A DNA stretch of 64,000 nucleotides from Escherichia coli (lineage in GTDB: Bacteria; Pseudomonadota; Gammaproteobacteria; Enterobacterales; Enterobacteriaceae): assembly GCF_003334405.1 (NCBI RefSeq), contig NZ_QOWM01000012.1. One strand, given 5' to 3'. The notes below the pieces were generated by a model that saw only the letters and a program-made list of their open reading frames with translations, had not been told where the DNA came from and did not search any database. A program made the position numbers and the translations under genes. Below are positions 10,540 to 19,956 of the stretch, piece after piece. Positions within the stretch are counted from its first letter, which is position 1; every line of letters starts with the position of its first letter.

Positions 10540-10902
10540 TCAGTAACGACCGCGCCTTCCGGTAATTTCATACCGGCAAATACCGGACAGCCCGGGGATC
10601 GTTATCTGCAGCTGGTTAGCCAGGGAGTTAATCTCAGCGACCAACACTGGCTTCGTATAGCGCCATGCCGCCAGCCCTTGTCCACAGAAGCTCGCCATAT
10701 CTTTTTTCTGATCAAACTCATGACACTTCATATTGAGCTGCGCACTTAAGCTGTTGCGATGCTGAAGTTCTCCGGTGAAGTAGTCATCCAGGACTTTATA
10801 GGCTGCATATTTAAATCCGGGGTTTAGCCATGCTGCATAATCATAAGCAACAAACTTCCCGCCATATGTTCCACCGTGTACACCGCGCTCAGTAAAAACC
10901 AC
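10540..10902 (-). CDS. Hypothetical phage protein with a KilA-N-like motif
   Basis: 120-aa ORF; GGTYGGKFVAYDYAAWLNPGF resembles the conserved KilA-N core also seen in the 265-aa ORF at 16986..17783. Confidence 0.45.
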   Translation of the reverse strand: MVFTERGVHGGTYGGKFVAYDYAAWLNPGFKYAAYKVLDDYFTGELQHRNSLSAQLNMKCHEFDQKKDMASFCGQGLAAWRYTKPVLVAEINSLANQLQITIPGLSGICRYEITGRRGRY

Positions 10903-10923
10903 AGATTCGTGTTTTTTCTCCAG

Positions 10924-11391
10924 CTACTTAATGCGCTGGGTGCGGATATATTCCTGCGCCCCTTCCAGTTGCTTCTGCATCGTCATCAACCGTTCTCTGA
11001 GGGTGAAATAATCCCGTTCAGCGGTGTCTGCCAGTCGGGGGCTGGTTGCATTATCCATGCTGGTGGGTCCGGTGGCTTCACGCACGGCTGCGGAGCAACT
11101 GGCATTGACCCGCAGGCGCTTACGACCAGCGGCAACATCAGCGCGCAGAGTTTCATTTTCAGTTTTCGCATCGGCTAACTCCTTCGTGTATTTTGCATCG
11201 ATCGCAGCAACATCACGCTGACGCTGCTGCATGTCAGCGATGGTGGCGGTCGCCTGCTTCAGCTCACTGACTTTTTTATCACGCTGTTCTTTGTAGGCGA
11301 TGGCGTTATCACGGTAATGATTGACCGCCCACGACAGGCAGACGATGATGCAGATAACCAGAGCGGAGATAATCGCGGTTACTCTGCTCAT
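10924..11391 (-). CDS. Rz: Spanin inner-membrane subunit Rz
   Basis: Strongly similar to lambda Rz ([31 protein letters not shown]...); ORF track start is 11403, likely start is MSRV at ~11391. Confidence 0.85.
   Translation of the reverse strand: MSRVTAIISALVICIIVCLSWAVNHYRDNAIAYKEQRDKKVSELKQATATIADMQQRQRDVAAIDAKYTKELADAKTENETLRADVAAGRKRLRVNASCSAAVREATGPTSMDNATSPRLADTAERDYFTLRERLMTMQKQLEGAQEYIRTQRIK
10986..11171 (-). CDS. Rz1: Spanin outer-membrane lipoprotein Rz1, embedded in Rz in another frame
   Basis: 61-aa ORF with lipobox LVVSAC and proline-rich [29 protein letters not shown], as in lambda Rz1. Confidence 0.8.
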   Translation of the reverse strand: MRKLKMKLCALMLPLVVSACGSMPVAPQPCVKPPDPPAWIMQPAPDWQTPLNGIISPSENG

Positions 11392-11885
11392 TGTTGCCCC
11401 CACAAACAGACTTCACGCTCAATCTCACGACGAGTCATCAGGCCTTTCCATTGCTTACCGCCAGCGTATGTCCAGCGACGTAGCTGGTCACATGCGCCTT
11501 TGATATCGCCCTGGTTGATTTTGCGAAGAAGCGTCGATGTTCTGAAATTGCCAGCACCCACGTTGTAGACGAACGAGTAAAGAGCGCCGCGCGTTGTTTC
11601 CGGTATATCGACTTTGATGTACGGGTTAATTTGTCTGGCGACCGTGGCAAGGTCTTTATTCAGGAGGGCTTTGCATTCTGCTTCGGTATACGTTTTACCT
11701 AGCATGATGTCTTTTCCGGTGTGTCCGTGACATACAGTCCATACGCCAACGATATCTTTGTATGGTATGTAGCTGACACCTTCCAGGCCATCGTCACCAC
11801 TCGGACCAGTGATGAGCACAGACGCTATGGCAACAGCCCCACCACCAATAGCAGCAGCAACAGCCTTGCGTAATGATGGCGACAT
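11388..11885 (-). CDS. R: SAR endolysin (phage lysozyme, phage 21 R-like)
   Basis: 165-aa ORF with an N-terminal weakly hydrophobic signal-anchor-release segment [18 protein letters not shown], then a lysozyme-like domain. Confidence 0.9.
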   Translation of the reverse strand: MSPSLRKAVAAAIGGGAVAIASVLITGPSGDDGLEGVSYIPYKDIVGVWTVCHGHTGKDIMLGKTYTEAECKALLNKDLATVARQINPYIKVDIPETTRGALYSFVYNVGAGNFRTSTLLRKINQGDIKGACDQLRRWTYAGGKQWKGLMTRREIEREVCLWGQQ

Positions 11886-12100
11886 TATTCACCTCTCGCA
11901 GCCTTACGCTTATCTTCTTTAATCTTGAAATAAAGGTTTGTCAGATACGTCAGCAAGCCAAATACCAGACTACCTAGCACACCTATTGCCGCCCACTGTG
12001 AGGGCGTGACTTTATCGAGCAACTGTAAAAACCAGTACCCGGCACTACCTGCTGAGGTGCCATAGGCGACACCCGTTGTTAACTTATCCATGGATTTCAT
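11885..12100 (-). CDS. S: Pinholin (phage 21 S-like)
   Basis: 71-aa [29 protein letters not shown]... with the dual-start MKSM motif and two transmembrane segments, paired with the SAR endolysin. Confidence 0.9.
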
Positions 12101-12166
12101 AACCCCACCTCGCAGATGCGGGTGCTGTGTAATGGAAATAAAAAGGCCACCTACGTGGCCACCAGA

Positions 12167-13219
12167 TTATTTCCCCACCAGCTCGTTTATCTCTTTCACT
12201 GTCTGGTTAAACCGCTCTGACTCAAGCTCAACACCTAAGGCCCGACGCCCCAGCGCCATTGCTGCTTTTATTGTGGAACCGGATCCCATAAAAAAATCAG
12301 CAACCAGATCACCAGGTCGACTACTGGCATTGATTATTTGCCGGAGCATATCCGCAGGTTTCTCACACGGATGTTTACCCGGGTAGAACTGAACGGGTTT
12401 ATGCATCCAGACATCGGTATAAGGCACGGAGACTGATACGGAGAAATAGCGCCGGAGAGATTTAAACTCATCCAGCAATTCAGAATATTTGCGATTCAGT
12501 GAATCATAAGATGCCACCAGCTGGTGGTGTGGTTGTTCCAGTTGTTGTTCCTGAAACTTCTCTGCCGCTATACGGGAAAACAGTGCCTGTAACTTCCGAT
12601 AGTCAGCCTCATTCGGCAACTGCCACTGACTGGCACCAAACCAGTGGGAAACCATATTTTTCTTACCTGTGGCTTCGGCAATTTGTTTTGCCGTTATACC
12701 CAGTTCGGCACGAGCATCCCTGAAATACGATATCAGCGGTGCCATTATGTGCTGTTTGAGTTCCCTTTCTTTTGCCGCATAGCCGTCACTTTTGCCGCGA
12801 TATGGCCCCTGGTAATGTTCAGCAAACAGAACGCGCTCTGTGGCAGGAAAATATGCGCGCAGACTTTCTTTATTACACCCATTCCAACGTCCGGACGGCT
12901 TCGCCCAGATGATATGGTTAAGCACGTTGAAACGTTCACGCATCATGATCTCAATATCAGATGCCAGGCGATGCCCACAGAACAGGTAAAGGCTTCCGGC
13001 AGGTTTCAACACCCGCCAGAACTGGGCCAGACAGTGGTCCAGCCACTTAAGGTAATCTTCGTCCCCTTTCCACTGATTGTCCCAACCGTTGGGTTTCACC
13101 TTGAAGTAAGGCGGATCGGTAACAATCAGGTCAATGGAATCATCAGGCAGGGACTGAATAAAATGCAGGCAATCAGCGTTGATTAAATCAACACTGTTTA
13201 TTTTTACAGTATTTTTCAT
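12167..13219 (-). CDS. Orphan DNA methyltransferase (N6-adenine/N4-cytosine beta class)
   Basis: 350-aa ORF with motif IV DPPY near the N-terminus (LIVTDPPYF) and motif I FFMGSGST near the C-terminus. Confidence 0.85.
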   Translation of the reverse strand: MKNTVKINSVDLINADCLHFIQSLPDDSIDLIVTDPPYFKVKPNGWDNQWKGDEDYLKWLDHCLAQFWRVLKPAGSLYLFCGHRLASDIEIMMRERFNVLNHIIWAKPSGRWNGCNKESLRAYFPATERVLFAEHYQGPYRGKSDGYAAKERELKQHIMAPLISYFRDARAELGITAKQIAEATGKKNMVSHWFGASQWQLPNEADYRKLQALFSRIAAEKFQEQQLEQPHHQLVASYDSLNRKYSELLDEFKSLRRYFSVSVSVPYTDVWMHKPVQFYPGKHPCEKPADMLRQIINASSRPGDLVADFFMGSGSTIKAAMALGRRALGVELESERFNQTVKEINELVGK

Positions 13220-13368
13220 GGATCAGTAAGCGTAACTCTGGTAGGCTCACTCTGCTTTTGCGCTAAAGCAGTGGGCCGTGGTTCGCTTGTGACCAGTAAG
13301 CATGAGCGAATGGCTGGCAGGTGCTACCAACACCCACCAGCCGCCCATTTTCACAAATTAAAAGTCCT

Positions 13369-13587
13369 TCATTGCTGAAGGCGTCTGTAACAGCCGAACT
13401 GGTAATCTGCCAGCCCCGCCATAACCAACTGGGTCAGTATTAACTGACAGCGTTCGCGTGAAAGATATGTGTTTTGTGCAATCTCCCCGACTGTTGCCGG
13501 TTCGATGCTTAATTCATTAAAAACAACTTTCGCCGTTTCTGTCATATCTTGCTGTTTTAGCATGTCTTTTTTCCTTCTGGTTAACAT
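13369..13587 (-). CDS. Small hypothetical protein, possible winged-helix DNA binder
   Basis: 72-aa ORF; segment TVGEIAQNTYLSRERCQLILTQLVMAGL looks HTH-like. Confidence 0.4.
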   Translation of the reverse strand: MLTRRKKDMLKQQDMTETAKVVFNELSIEPATVGEIAQNTYLSRERCQLILTQLVMAGLADYQFGCYRRLQQ

Positions 13588-13662
13588 GACATACCAATAA
13601 CTCTTGTCTAAAAAGCCAGCAAGATAAAAAGTCAGTATTCACGACCACCAGCGTGTTTACCG

Positions 13663-13697
13663 TACTGCACCAGGTTTACAGGTACAAAAAAACCCGC
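13663..13697. terminator. Strong intrinsic terminator hairpin, candidate tR'-type element on the minus strand
   Basis: aaaaaaacccgctcgacggcgggttt; the minus-strand reading has the stem followed by seven T. Confidence 0.45.
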
Positions 13698-13975
13698 TCG
13701 ACGGCGGGTTTAAGTTGTGTGGCGAAGTAACCACTCTTGAGAGCATATCTGATTATTTACGATTGTAAATAATATATTCCCCCCAATAATTAGATTGAGA
13801 AAACATTACCATATTGATAATAAGGCAATTGACATAATTATAAAAATCATTCTTGGTTGATTTTAAAACAACAAATGCACGATATTTACCCAATCATTGA
13901 TGAATACATCTCTAAATGTTATAAATTTATTGTTTTTCTAAAGATAACTCTCATTCATATCAGGAAAGATAAAAA

Positions 13976-15427
13976 ATGTCAGACATAAAAAATATACTAA
14001 AATGCATGTACTTTGATAAAAATAGATACTCAAACTTTGGCTCCGTAATTAAAAGTCTAGAGATAAATGGATTTCGAGGAATAAAAAAACTAACATTAAA
14101 TATAAATTTTCCGGTAACTGCAATATCAGGGCTAAACGGCGCTGGGAAAAGCACTCTTGGGCAGTTAGCAATATGCGCATATAAAAAACCAGTTACAGCC
14201 CGTGAATATAAGAGATTATATATTAAAGATTTTTTCCCTGTATCTAAAGCCGATCCAGCCCCTTTCGATAATGACGCCAGTGTCATTTATAAATATGAAA
14301 CAAATGATTCAACGAAAACACAAGATGTGACTGTCACTCGCATAAAGTCTTCTTGGTCTGGATATAAAAGACAACCAGAAAGACACTGTTTTTACATTGG
14401 TTTTACTGTCTATATTCCAAAAGTAGAACGTAGAGATATAAGTGTTTATGGCGGTAAAGACTTTGATTTAACAGAGAGAAGAAGCGTCGACCATTCAGTA
14501 ATATTGAAGATGGCAAAAATAATAGGTCATCCATATGATGATATCGCATTCCAAGGAATTTCTCATAGAGCACGTCGTTCAGAAATTGGTATTGTTGAAA
14601 GACTTGGGTATTCTTATTCTGAAAATAACATGGGGTTTGGCGAAGGAAGAGTTCTTTATACGGTTGATATGCTTGAAACAGCTCCAGAGCAAAGTCTTTT
14701 CGTACTAGAAGAACCAGAAACATCTCTTCATGAAAGCGCACAGTATGAATTTGCAAAATATTTAATGGAAGTATGTCAACGTAGAAAACATCAAATAATA
14801 TTATCAACACACTCAAGTGTGATATTAAATGCTTTACCTCCTGATGCACGAAAATTACTTATTAGAGATCAGACTGGTGTCTATATCAAAGATGGAATTT
14901 CAACAACTCATGTGAGATCAATACTGTCTGATGGGCAGTTTAAAGGGCTGCATATTTGCGTAGAAGACCAGTTTGCAAAAGTTTTACTTAGTGAAGTAAT
15001 TAGAGCAAAGCGGAGAGACATTCTTAAATCCATTCAAATCACTGATATTGGAGATAAAGATGCAGTCCGACAAGCAGTCGAGGTATTCAAGAAAGCAGGC
15101 CTTAATGTTATTGCCGTAAGAGATGCAGATGTTGGAGAAAACATTAAAGATGATTTATTTTCTTTCCCTGGCAATAGGCCACCAGAAGTAGAAGTATTTC
15201 AACATGAGGAAGTAAAAAAATTCCTCTACAAGGAGTATCATATTGATTTTGATTGGTTAATAAAAAAGGAAGGGATTAGTGATCATCACAATTACACTCA
15301 AGCAATTGCTAAAGAAGCAGAATGTGAGGAGGAAGTAATTAGAACTTTAGCAATAAAAAAATATATTGAAATTATTGATGAGAAATTTGACCCACTTATT
15401 ACAAATATAGTAAGCAAAATAAAATAA
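13976..15427 (+). CDS. OLD-family-like ABC ATPase with C-terminal TOPRIM-like nuclease motifs; candidate single-gene anti-phage defence moron
   Basis: 483-aa ORF on the opposite strand to the phage operons, in an AT-rich island; Walker A GLNGAGKST, Walker B/D-loop LFVLEEPETSLH, H-loop LSTHSS, then ICVEDQ and IAVRDADVG (Toprim-like E and DxD); SD aggaaag upstream. Confidence 0.8.
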   Translation: MSDIKNILKCMYFDKNRYSNFGSVIKSLEINGFRGIKKLTLNINFPVTAISGLNGAGKSTLGQLAICAYKKPVTAREYKRLYIKDFFPVSKADPAPFDNDASVIYKYETNDSTKTQDVTVTRIKSSWSGYKRQPERHCFYIGFTVYIPKVERRDISVYGGKDFDLTERRSVDHSVILKMAKIIGHPYDDIAFQGISHRARRSEIGIVERLGYSYSENNMGFGEGRVLYTVDMLETAPEQSLFVLEEPETSLHESAQYEFAKYLMEVCQRRKHQIILSTHSSVILNALPPDARKLLIRDQTGVYIKDGISTTHVRSILSDGQFKGLHICVEDQFAKVLLSEVIRAKRRDILKSIQITDIGDKDAVRQAVEVFKKAGLNVIAVRDADVGENIKDDLFSFPGNRPPEVEVFQHEEVKKFLYKEYHIDFDWLIKKEGISDHHNYTQAIAKEAECEEEVIRTLAIKKYIEIIDEKFDPLITNIVSKIK

Positions 15428-15599
15428 CAAACCAGCAGGCGCTAATTACTAAAAACCTTGTACATTAGCGCCACCCTCAAATAAATTAGTGGTTATTAAA
15501 TCCCCACAAAAACATTAATATAAAGCACAAACAGTCCACCCTCCTTAATTTCATGCTAACAATACAAATTAAAAATCCAGATACTCATAAAATATCTTT

Positions 15600-15986
15600 C
15601 TAGATATTTGAGTCCATTTCCAATTCTATTTCTAACATTATCAACATACCTTCAATGATGCCTTCTGCCTTTTGCAATAAGCGCCCAACCCAGCAATCAG
15701 AACGCCCATGTTTACGGGCAAGCGCCATAAACGTCATACCACCTACATAATAATCTACTAATAAATCGTGCAAATCGCTGTTGTTCTTTTTCAGACGGGC
15801 CATGCACCCGCAAATGATCATCGCGTCATCGTCACAACATTGCGGACGGGATTTTACTTTTGAAGGAAGTAATCCCTTAAAACCGGCAGCAATGGACGAC
15901 CAGGTCACATCCTCATGATTATTAGCCGCCCATGCCCCCCAACGTTCAAGAACCATTTGAATATCACGCATCAACTTCCTCCACAA
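15600..15986 (-). CDS. Q: Late-gene antitermination protein Q
   Basis: 128-aa ORF with Cys-rich zinc-binding block [14 protein letters not shown]; sits upstream of the lysis and packaging genes. Confidence 0.8.
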   Translation of the reverse strand: MWRKLMRDIQMVLERWGAWAANNHEDVTWSSIAAGFKGLLPSKVKSRPQCCDDDAMIICGCMARLKKNNSDLHDLLVDYYVGGMTFMALARKHGRSDCWVGRLLQKAEGIIEGMLIMLEIELEMDSNI

Positions 15987-15988
15987 AA

Positions 15989-16984
15989 TCAGGCCAGCAC
16001 GCCTATTGCCAGCGCACGATCGATAAAACGAAATATCAGCTCCAGCTGGGAACCATACTTCTCTTCAAATGCCACGGTATCCGCATGCAGCTCGTCGTGA
16101 TGCTTTCTGCACAAAGGCAACACAAAGAGGTCATGCGCTTTTGTAGCCATTCCACCCTGACCGTGGCCTATCAGGTGGTGGGGATCATCAGCAGGCTTTC
16201 CACAACATGCACACGGCTGTGTCTTAACCCAGCGTGTGTACTTTTCATTAACCCAGCGGCGACGTTTTGGGCGTAACATAAAAGACTCCGGCGACTCCGG
16301 ATCCACTTTCAGCGCCAGCACCTTTTTCGCCTTATCCTGGATGATGCTGGTGGCAGGAACCGAAGGCACAAGGTCACTTTCCCGGGTGACAGACGGCACA
16401 ACAGGCTTCGGTAATCTCAGTGCCTTACGGGCTGCACTTTCCGGTAAGGCATCCGCCAGGTCATTACGAATCAGCCACCAGCACAGTTCCGGCATTGTCA
16501 CAACGTGACTGTCATCAAAACCGAGATCCCGACGCACAACAGACAACACCCAGCGGGCACAGTTATCCGTTGCCATTGATTCCAGCCGTTCCGTGAACTG
16601 ATCACGCAGCTGGTTATCGCAGTGCCAGCACAGACGGATTGCGCCCGGCGCGTGTCGCATTGTTGTCATGTTCTCGCTGTGCCAGTCGGAATGAGGCCAC
16701 TGGCAGCCTTTTTCACGAAGTAACCAGCTTTCAAGACATTCCACGCCACCAGCACGACGGATCACTGCCTCATTGCGGAACACGGCCCGAACGGCAGGAT
16801 CATCCGCCAGCGGTTGTGATGCCGCCGGAACGGCACCACTGGCGAAAGATGAATAACGTTCCGGCTCAGGCTCCAGCAGGACACGCCCCTGCATAAACAG
16901 GGGCATCAGCTCTGAACCTGGTCTGAACAATACGATCCCCATACGCGGGGCAATTTCAGGGGTCAGTAGTGCTCTCACGGTCAC
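15989..16984 (-). CDS. Phage protein (DUF968-like) with a C-terminal Cys/His zinc-binding motif
   Basis: 331-aa ORF; C-terminal [14 protein letters not shown]...CRKHHDELH. Confidence 0.65.
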   Translation of the reverse strand: MTVRALLTPEIAPRMGIVLFRPGSELMPLFMQGRVLLEPEPERYSSFASGAVPAASQPLADDPAVRAVFRNEAVIRRAGGVECLESWLLREKGCQWPHSDWHSENMTTMRHAPGAIRLCWHCDNQLRDQFTERLESMATDNCARWVLSVVRRDLGFDDSHVVTMPELCWWLIRNDLADALPESAARKALRLPKPVVPSVTRESDLVPSVPATSIIQDKAKKVLALKVDPESPESFMLRPKRRRWVNEKYTRWVKTQPCACCGKPADDPHHLIGHGQGGMATKAHDLFVLPLCRKHHDELHADTVAFEEKYGSQLELIFRFIDRALAIGVLA

Positions 16985-16985
16985 C

Positions 16986-17783
16986 TCAATGAACGGTATC
17001 GAGCAGCTTTAACAGCTCAGGGAATCGGGATTCGAAGAAATGCGGCTGCGTCTCGCGCGGATTTGCGGGACTGGTGATGTTCTTGCCGAACATGCAACCT
17101 TTCGCTGTCAGCGACCAGAATTTTTTGATGTTGTTAATCGCGGTACGGCTGTATCGTTCGCGTTGTTCCACGATCCCCAGCTTCGCCATCTGGTGATATG
17201 CCTGATTAGCCGTCAGGCAGATACCATACTGTTTCAGCAGTGCACTCAGTGACAGTGTCGGGCGACTTGAGCCATCAGGCGCGTCAGCAGGAGCATCAAT
17301 GGCATAGCGTGGTGCCAGATTCGGTAAGCCAACAGCCTCCTGGAGTTTCTGACAGGCCCCAAGCACAGATGAGTTAGACAGGTTTAACTCCCGGCGCATA
17401 AAGTCCAGCAGAATCACGCCAGCCTGCATCTTGTCAGCAGCCTGCCCGGATAATTTTTCCGGTGCGCTGGTTACCATATCGAAAGTACGGATCACCTTCA
17501 GATGGAATGACGGGCTGATCCACATTGCATAGGCATACACCAGTTCTTTGCAGACATACGTCCCCTGGTTATTTCCGCCACGACTAACGTTAACTGGCTC
17601 TATATTGACCGAGTTGCAAATCTGCAACTCGCTTATTAAACGTTCGGTTTGCTCATTGCGGAGCCAGAATGCAGGCTTATGCTTATCCTGAGAACCGGCA
17701 GCCCTGTGCAGATCGTTCAGGCTGTAACGCCCATAAGCATCACGACGAACTTCAATACCATCAATGACCATCAGATTATTCAT
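16986..17783 (-). CDS. KilA-N domain protein (antirepressor-like)
   Basis: 265-aa ORF; N-terminal MVIDGIEVRRDAYGRYSLNDLHRAAG and GTYVCKELVYAYAMWISPSF are typical of KilA-N. Confidence 0.7.
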   Translation of the reverse strand: MNNLMVIDGIEVRRDAYGRYSLNDLHRAAGSQDKHKPAFWLRNEQTERLISELQICNSVNIEPVNVSRGGNNQGTYVCKELVYAYAMWISPSFHLKVIRTFDMVTSAPEKLSGQAADKMQAGVILLDFMRRELNLSNSSVLGACQKLQEAVGLPNLAPRYAIDAPADAPDGSSRPTLSLSALLKQYGICLTANQAYHQMAKLGIVEQRERYSRTAINNIKKFWSLTAKGCMFGKNITSPANPRETQPHFFESRFPELLKLLDTVH

Positions 17784-17802
17784 ACTTCGTTTCTCCTCTT
17801 AA

Positions 17803-18192
17803 TCAGGCGGCTGCACCCGCCGTTTTCTCGTACTTACTGATAGTGATCTCGACCTTCCCTTCCGGGATAACCGGCCCCCACTCCACCAGCATTCTTTTCA
17901 CCTGGCTGTCGTCTTCCCACACCCCCGCGTGGGTCAGGGCGTCAAACAGCGCCTTGTTATAGTTGTCCAGATCGCGGATCCGGTTATCCGGAGGAAACAA
18001 CACGATCTCCACTGAAGCAGGTGCCGACGTTGGTTTCGGCAGACGACGTAACTGCTCAACTATTGCTGCGCACGCCGCGCTCTGGAATTTTCGCCCCGCC
18101 TCGCTTATCAGGCTTTTACCTACAAACGCCCCTTTGTTGGGGTGTCGCCAGTACGTGTTCACGCTGGGCGGGAAAGGCAAGATCAGCTTCAT
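17803..18192 (-). CDS. rusA: RusA-family Holliday junction resolvase
   Basis: 129-aa ORF LILPFPPSVNTYWR...DLDNYNKALFDALT. Confidence 0.85.
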   Translation of the reverse strand: MKLILPFPPSVNTYWRHPNKGAFVGKSLISEAGRKFQSAACAAIVEQLRRLPKPTSAPASVEIVLFPPDNRIRDLDNYNKALFDALTHAGVWEDDSQVKRMLVEWGPVIPEGKVEITISKYEKTAGAAA

Positions 18193-18515
18193 ACTTTCAG
18201 GCCTCTCTCATGTAACCAGTGGGCTGCACGCAGCCTGGCTTTTTCCTCACCGGCAAGCAGTGCGCGGATAATCCCGACCGCCTCGCTGTCGTCGTCCTTC
18301 ACCGCGGTATGAAGCGTTATCCCCCGGGCCACGCCACGCTTTATCGTGATGACGCCTTTTTTCTCCAGTGCACGAAGATGCTCTACCGCTGCATTCACTG
18401 AACGGTATCCCAGCATGGTTGCCACCTCCTGATTGGTTGGCGGAAAGCCACGCTCTTTCTGGTAAGAAATCAGCATATCCAGCACCTGCTGCTGGCATTG
18501 AGTTAACGTCGTCAT
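18189..18515 (-). CDS. Phage regulator with a LexA-like N-terminal DNA-binding domain
   Basis: LTQCQQQVLDMLISYQKERGFPPTNQEVATMLGYRSVNAAVEHLRALEKKGVI resembles the LexA winged-helix domain; ORF track start is 18548, probable start is MTTLTQ at 18515. Confidence 0.55.
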   Translation of the reverse strand: MTTLTQCQQQVLDMLISYQKERGFPPTNQEVATMLGYRSVNAAVEHLRALEKKGVITIKRGVARGITLHTAVKDDDSEAVGIIRALLAGEEKARLRAAHWLHERGLKV

Positions 18516-19009
18516 TACGCCCCCACGTAATTCCCTGACAGATACCACTCATCACTCGATACAGCGCGCTTGCTGCTTTTCCGTAAACACTGCTCACGAC
18601 GCGCCAGAAAATTGTTTCGTTCTGGCTGGGAGTGGCTTTCACGGAATGCCACCATCCACACCGTTGCAGCACGACGGTATAAGCCCCTGGACTCCAGTTC
18701 TTCAGCCTGGCGGGTCAGGCACAAAATCTCCCGCTGGTCGTTAGTGCCGACATAGAAATTGCGCACAGGTCTGGTTTCACGAACTGGTTGCGGTTCCGCC
18801 TCCTGCGCTCTCTCAGTCAGGCGCGGGAAATGTCTGCGTGTATCCCCTTCACAACGGTGAGCCACACGACCACTCTGACGTAACTTGCTTGCTGACTGCA
18901 GAACGCGCTGCCGTGAGTAACCTGCAAAAGCATCCGCAATGTCTCCGGAAGTACACCCCGGATGGGCTTCAATGAATTTCTGAACGTCATTCAAAAGACT
19001 CATAATCAC
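18515..19009 (-). CDS. PerC/Pch-like regulator homolog
   Basis: 164-aa ORF; LESRGLYRRAATVWMVAFRESHSQPERNNFLARREQCL resembles the PerC-family core. Confidence 0.5.
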   Translation of the reverse strand: MIMSLLNDVQKFIEAHPGCTSGDIADAFAGYSRQRVLQSASKLRQSGRVAHRCEGDTRRHFPRLTERAQEAEPQPVRETRPVRNFYVGTNDQREILCLTRQAEELESRGLYRRAATVWMVAFRESHSQPERNNFLARREQCLRKSSKRAVSSDEWYLSGNYVGA

Positions 19010-19947
19010 CCCCTGAATCCTGCCGGGATCTGGCTGTAGTCCACGTTGTCGTAACTGGCTTTGAAGTACGGGTCTTCGCGTTTTTCGGTGTACGTGCTGA
19101 CGGACGGCGTTAAGCGCAGGGAAAGCTCATCCCATTTTTCCCGCAGCTTCGACGGGCTGAGCACGTTACGGCACCAGAACGGATCGCGACTGACGCGGCT
19201 GTACATCTCGCAGATTTGTTTATGAGTACGACCATCCTGCACACACATCAGGCGAATTTCGTTTGCCCAGGCTGTCCAGTTCGGTTCTTTGGGACGAACC
19301 ACCTCGCCGTCACATTCGGCGGCATGCTCGTACAGGGCGATGATTTTTTTCCAGAGCCACTGTGCGCAGGTCAAATCATCCTGCGTTCCCCACTGGCGCT
19401 TTTTAGGGCTGAATACAACCGCATCAGGATGGCGAGTTAAAAACTCCTGTTCAGCCGTCTGCGTGTCCGGTTGCGAAGCGTCCGGACGAGAAGTTTTTTT
19501 ATCTGACGGATCATGTTTTGATTTTACTGACGGATCCCCGCCAGATTCTGACGGGTGAAAACCCGCTTTTTTGCCAGATTTCGACGCATCAAATTTTGAC
19601 GGGTCAGATTTTGATGCGTCAGATTTTGACGGGTCAGAATCTGACAGTTGAGAAAATGCCGCTGCCTGAAGCTTCGCAACGTTAAGCTGATAAACATTCG
19701 ACGCATTGCGGTTACCCTGGCGACGCGCCTTACGCGTTAACCAACCTTCTGCTTCCAGCCGTGCGATAGCCGTCCTGACGGTACTCATCCCCGCGCCAAT
19801 CTGACGGGCAATGGTTTCAATTGATGGCCAGCACACACCTTCGTCATTACTGAAATCAGCCAGGCGGGCCATAATTGCCACGCTGGATAATTTCATGCCT
19901 GACGCTGCGCAACCATCCCATACATAGCCGGTTAATTTAGTGCTCAT
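19006..19947 (-). CDS. Replication initiation protein (O-like replisome organiser) containing the ori iterons
   Basis: 313-aa ORF; N-terminal HTH region; internal peptide repeat SDPSKSDASKSDPSKFDASKSG encoded by DNA direct repeats. Confidence 0.7.
   Translation of the reverse strand: MSTKLTGYVWDGCAASGMKLSSVAIMARLADFSNDEGVCWPSIETIARQIGAGMSTVRTAIARLEAEGWLTRKARRQGNRNASNVYQLNVAKLQAAAFSQLSDSDPSKSDASKSDPSKFDASKSGKKAGFHPSESGGDPSVKSKHDPSDKKTSRPDASQPDTQTAEQEFLTRHPDAVVFSPKKRQWGTQDDLTCAQWLWKKIIALYEHAAECDGEVVRPKEPNWTAWANEIRLMCVQDGRTHKQICEMYSRVSRDPFWCRNVLSPSKLREKWDELSLRLTPSVSTYTEKREDPYFKASYDNVDYSQIPAGFRG
19520..19660. repeat. Iteron-like direct repeats (putative phage ori) inside the replication gene
   Basis: Repeated units tttgacgggtcagattttgatgcgtcagattttgacgggtcagaatctgac and variants. 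Confidence 0.5.
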
Positions 19948-19956
19948 GACCGACCT

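Noticed and set aside
10327-10749. 140-aa plus-strand ORF near the cos region
   Set aside because: Overlaps the better-supported minus-strand ORF at 10540..10902 and would read against the phage operon direction
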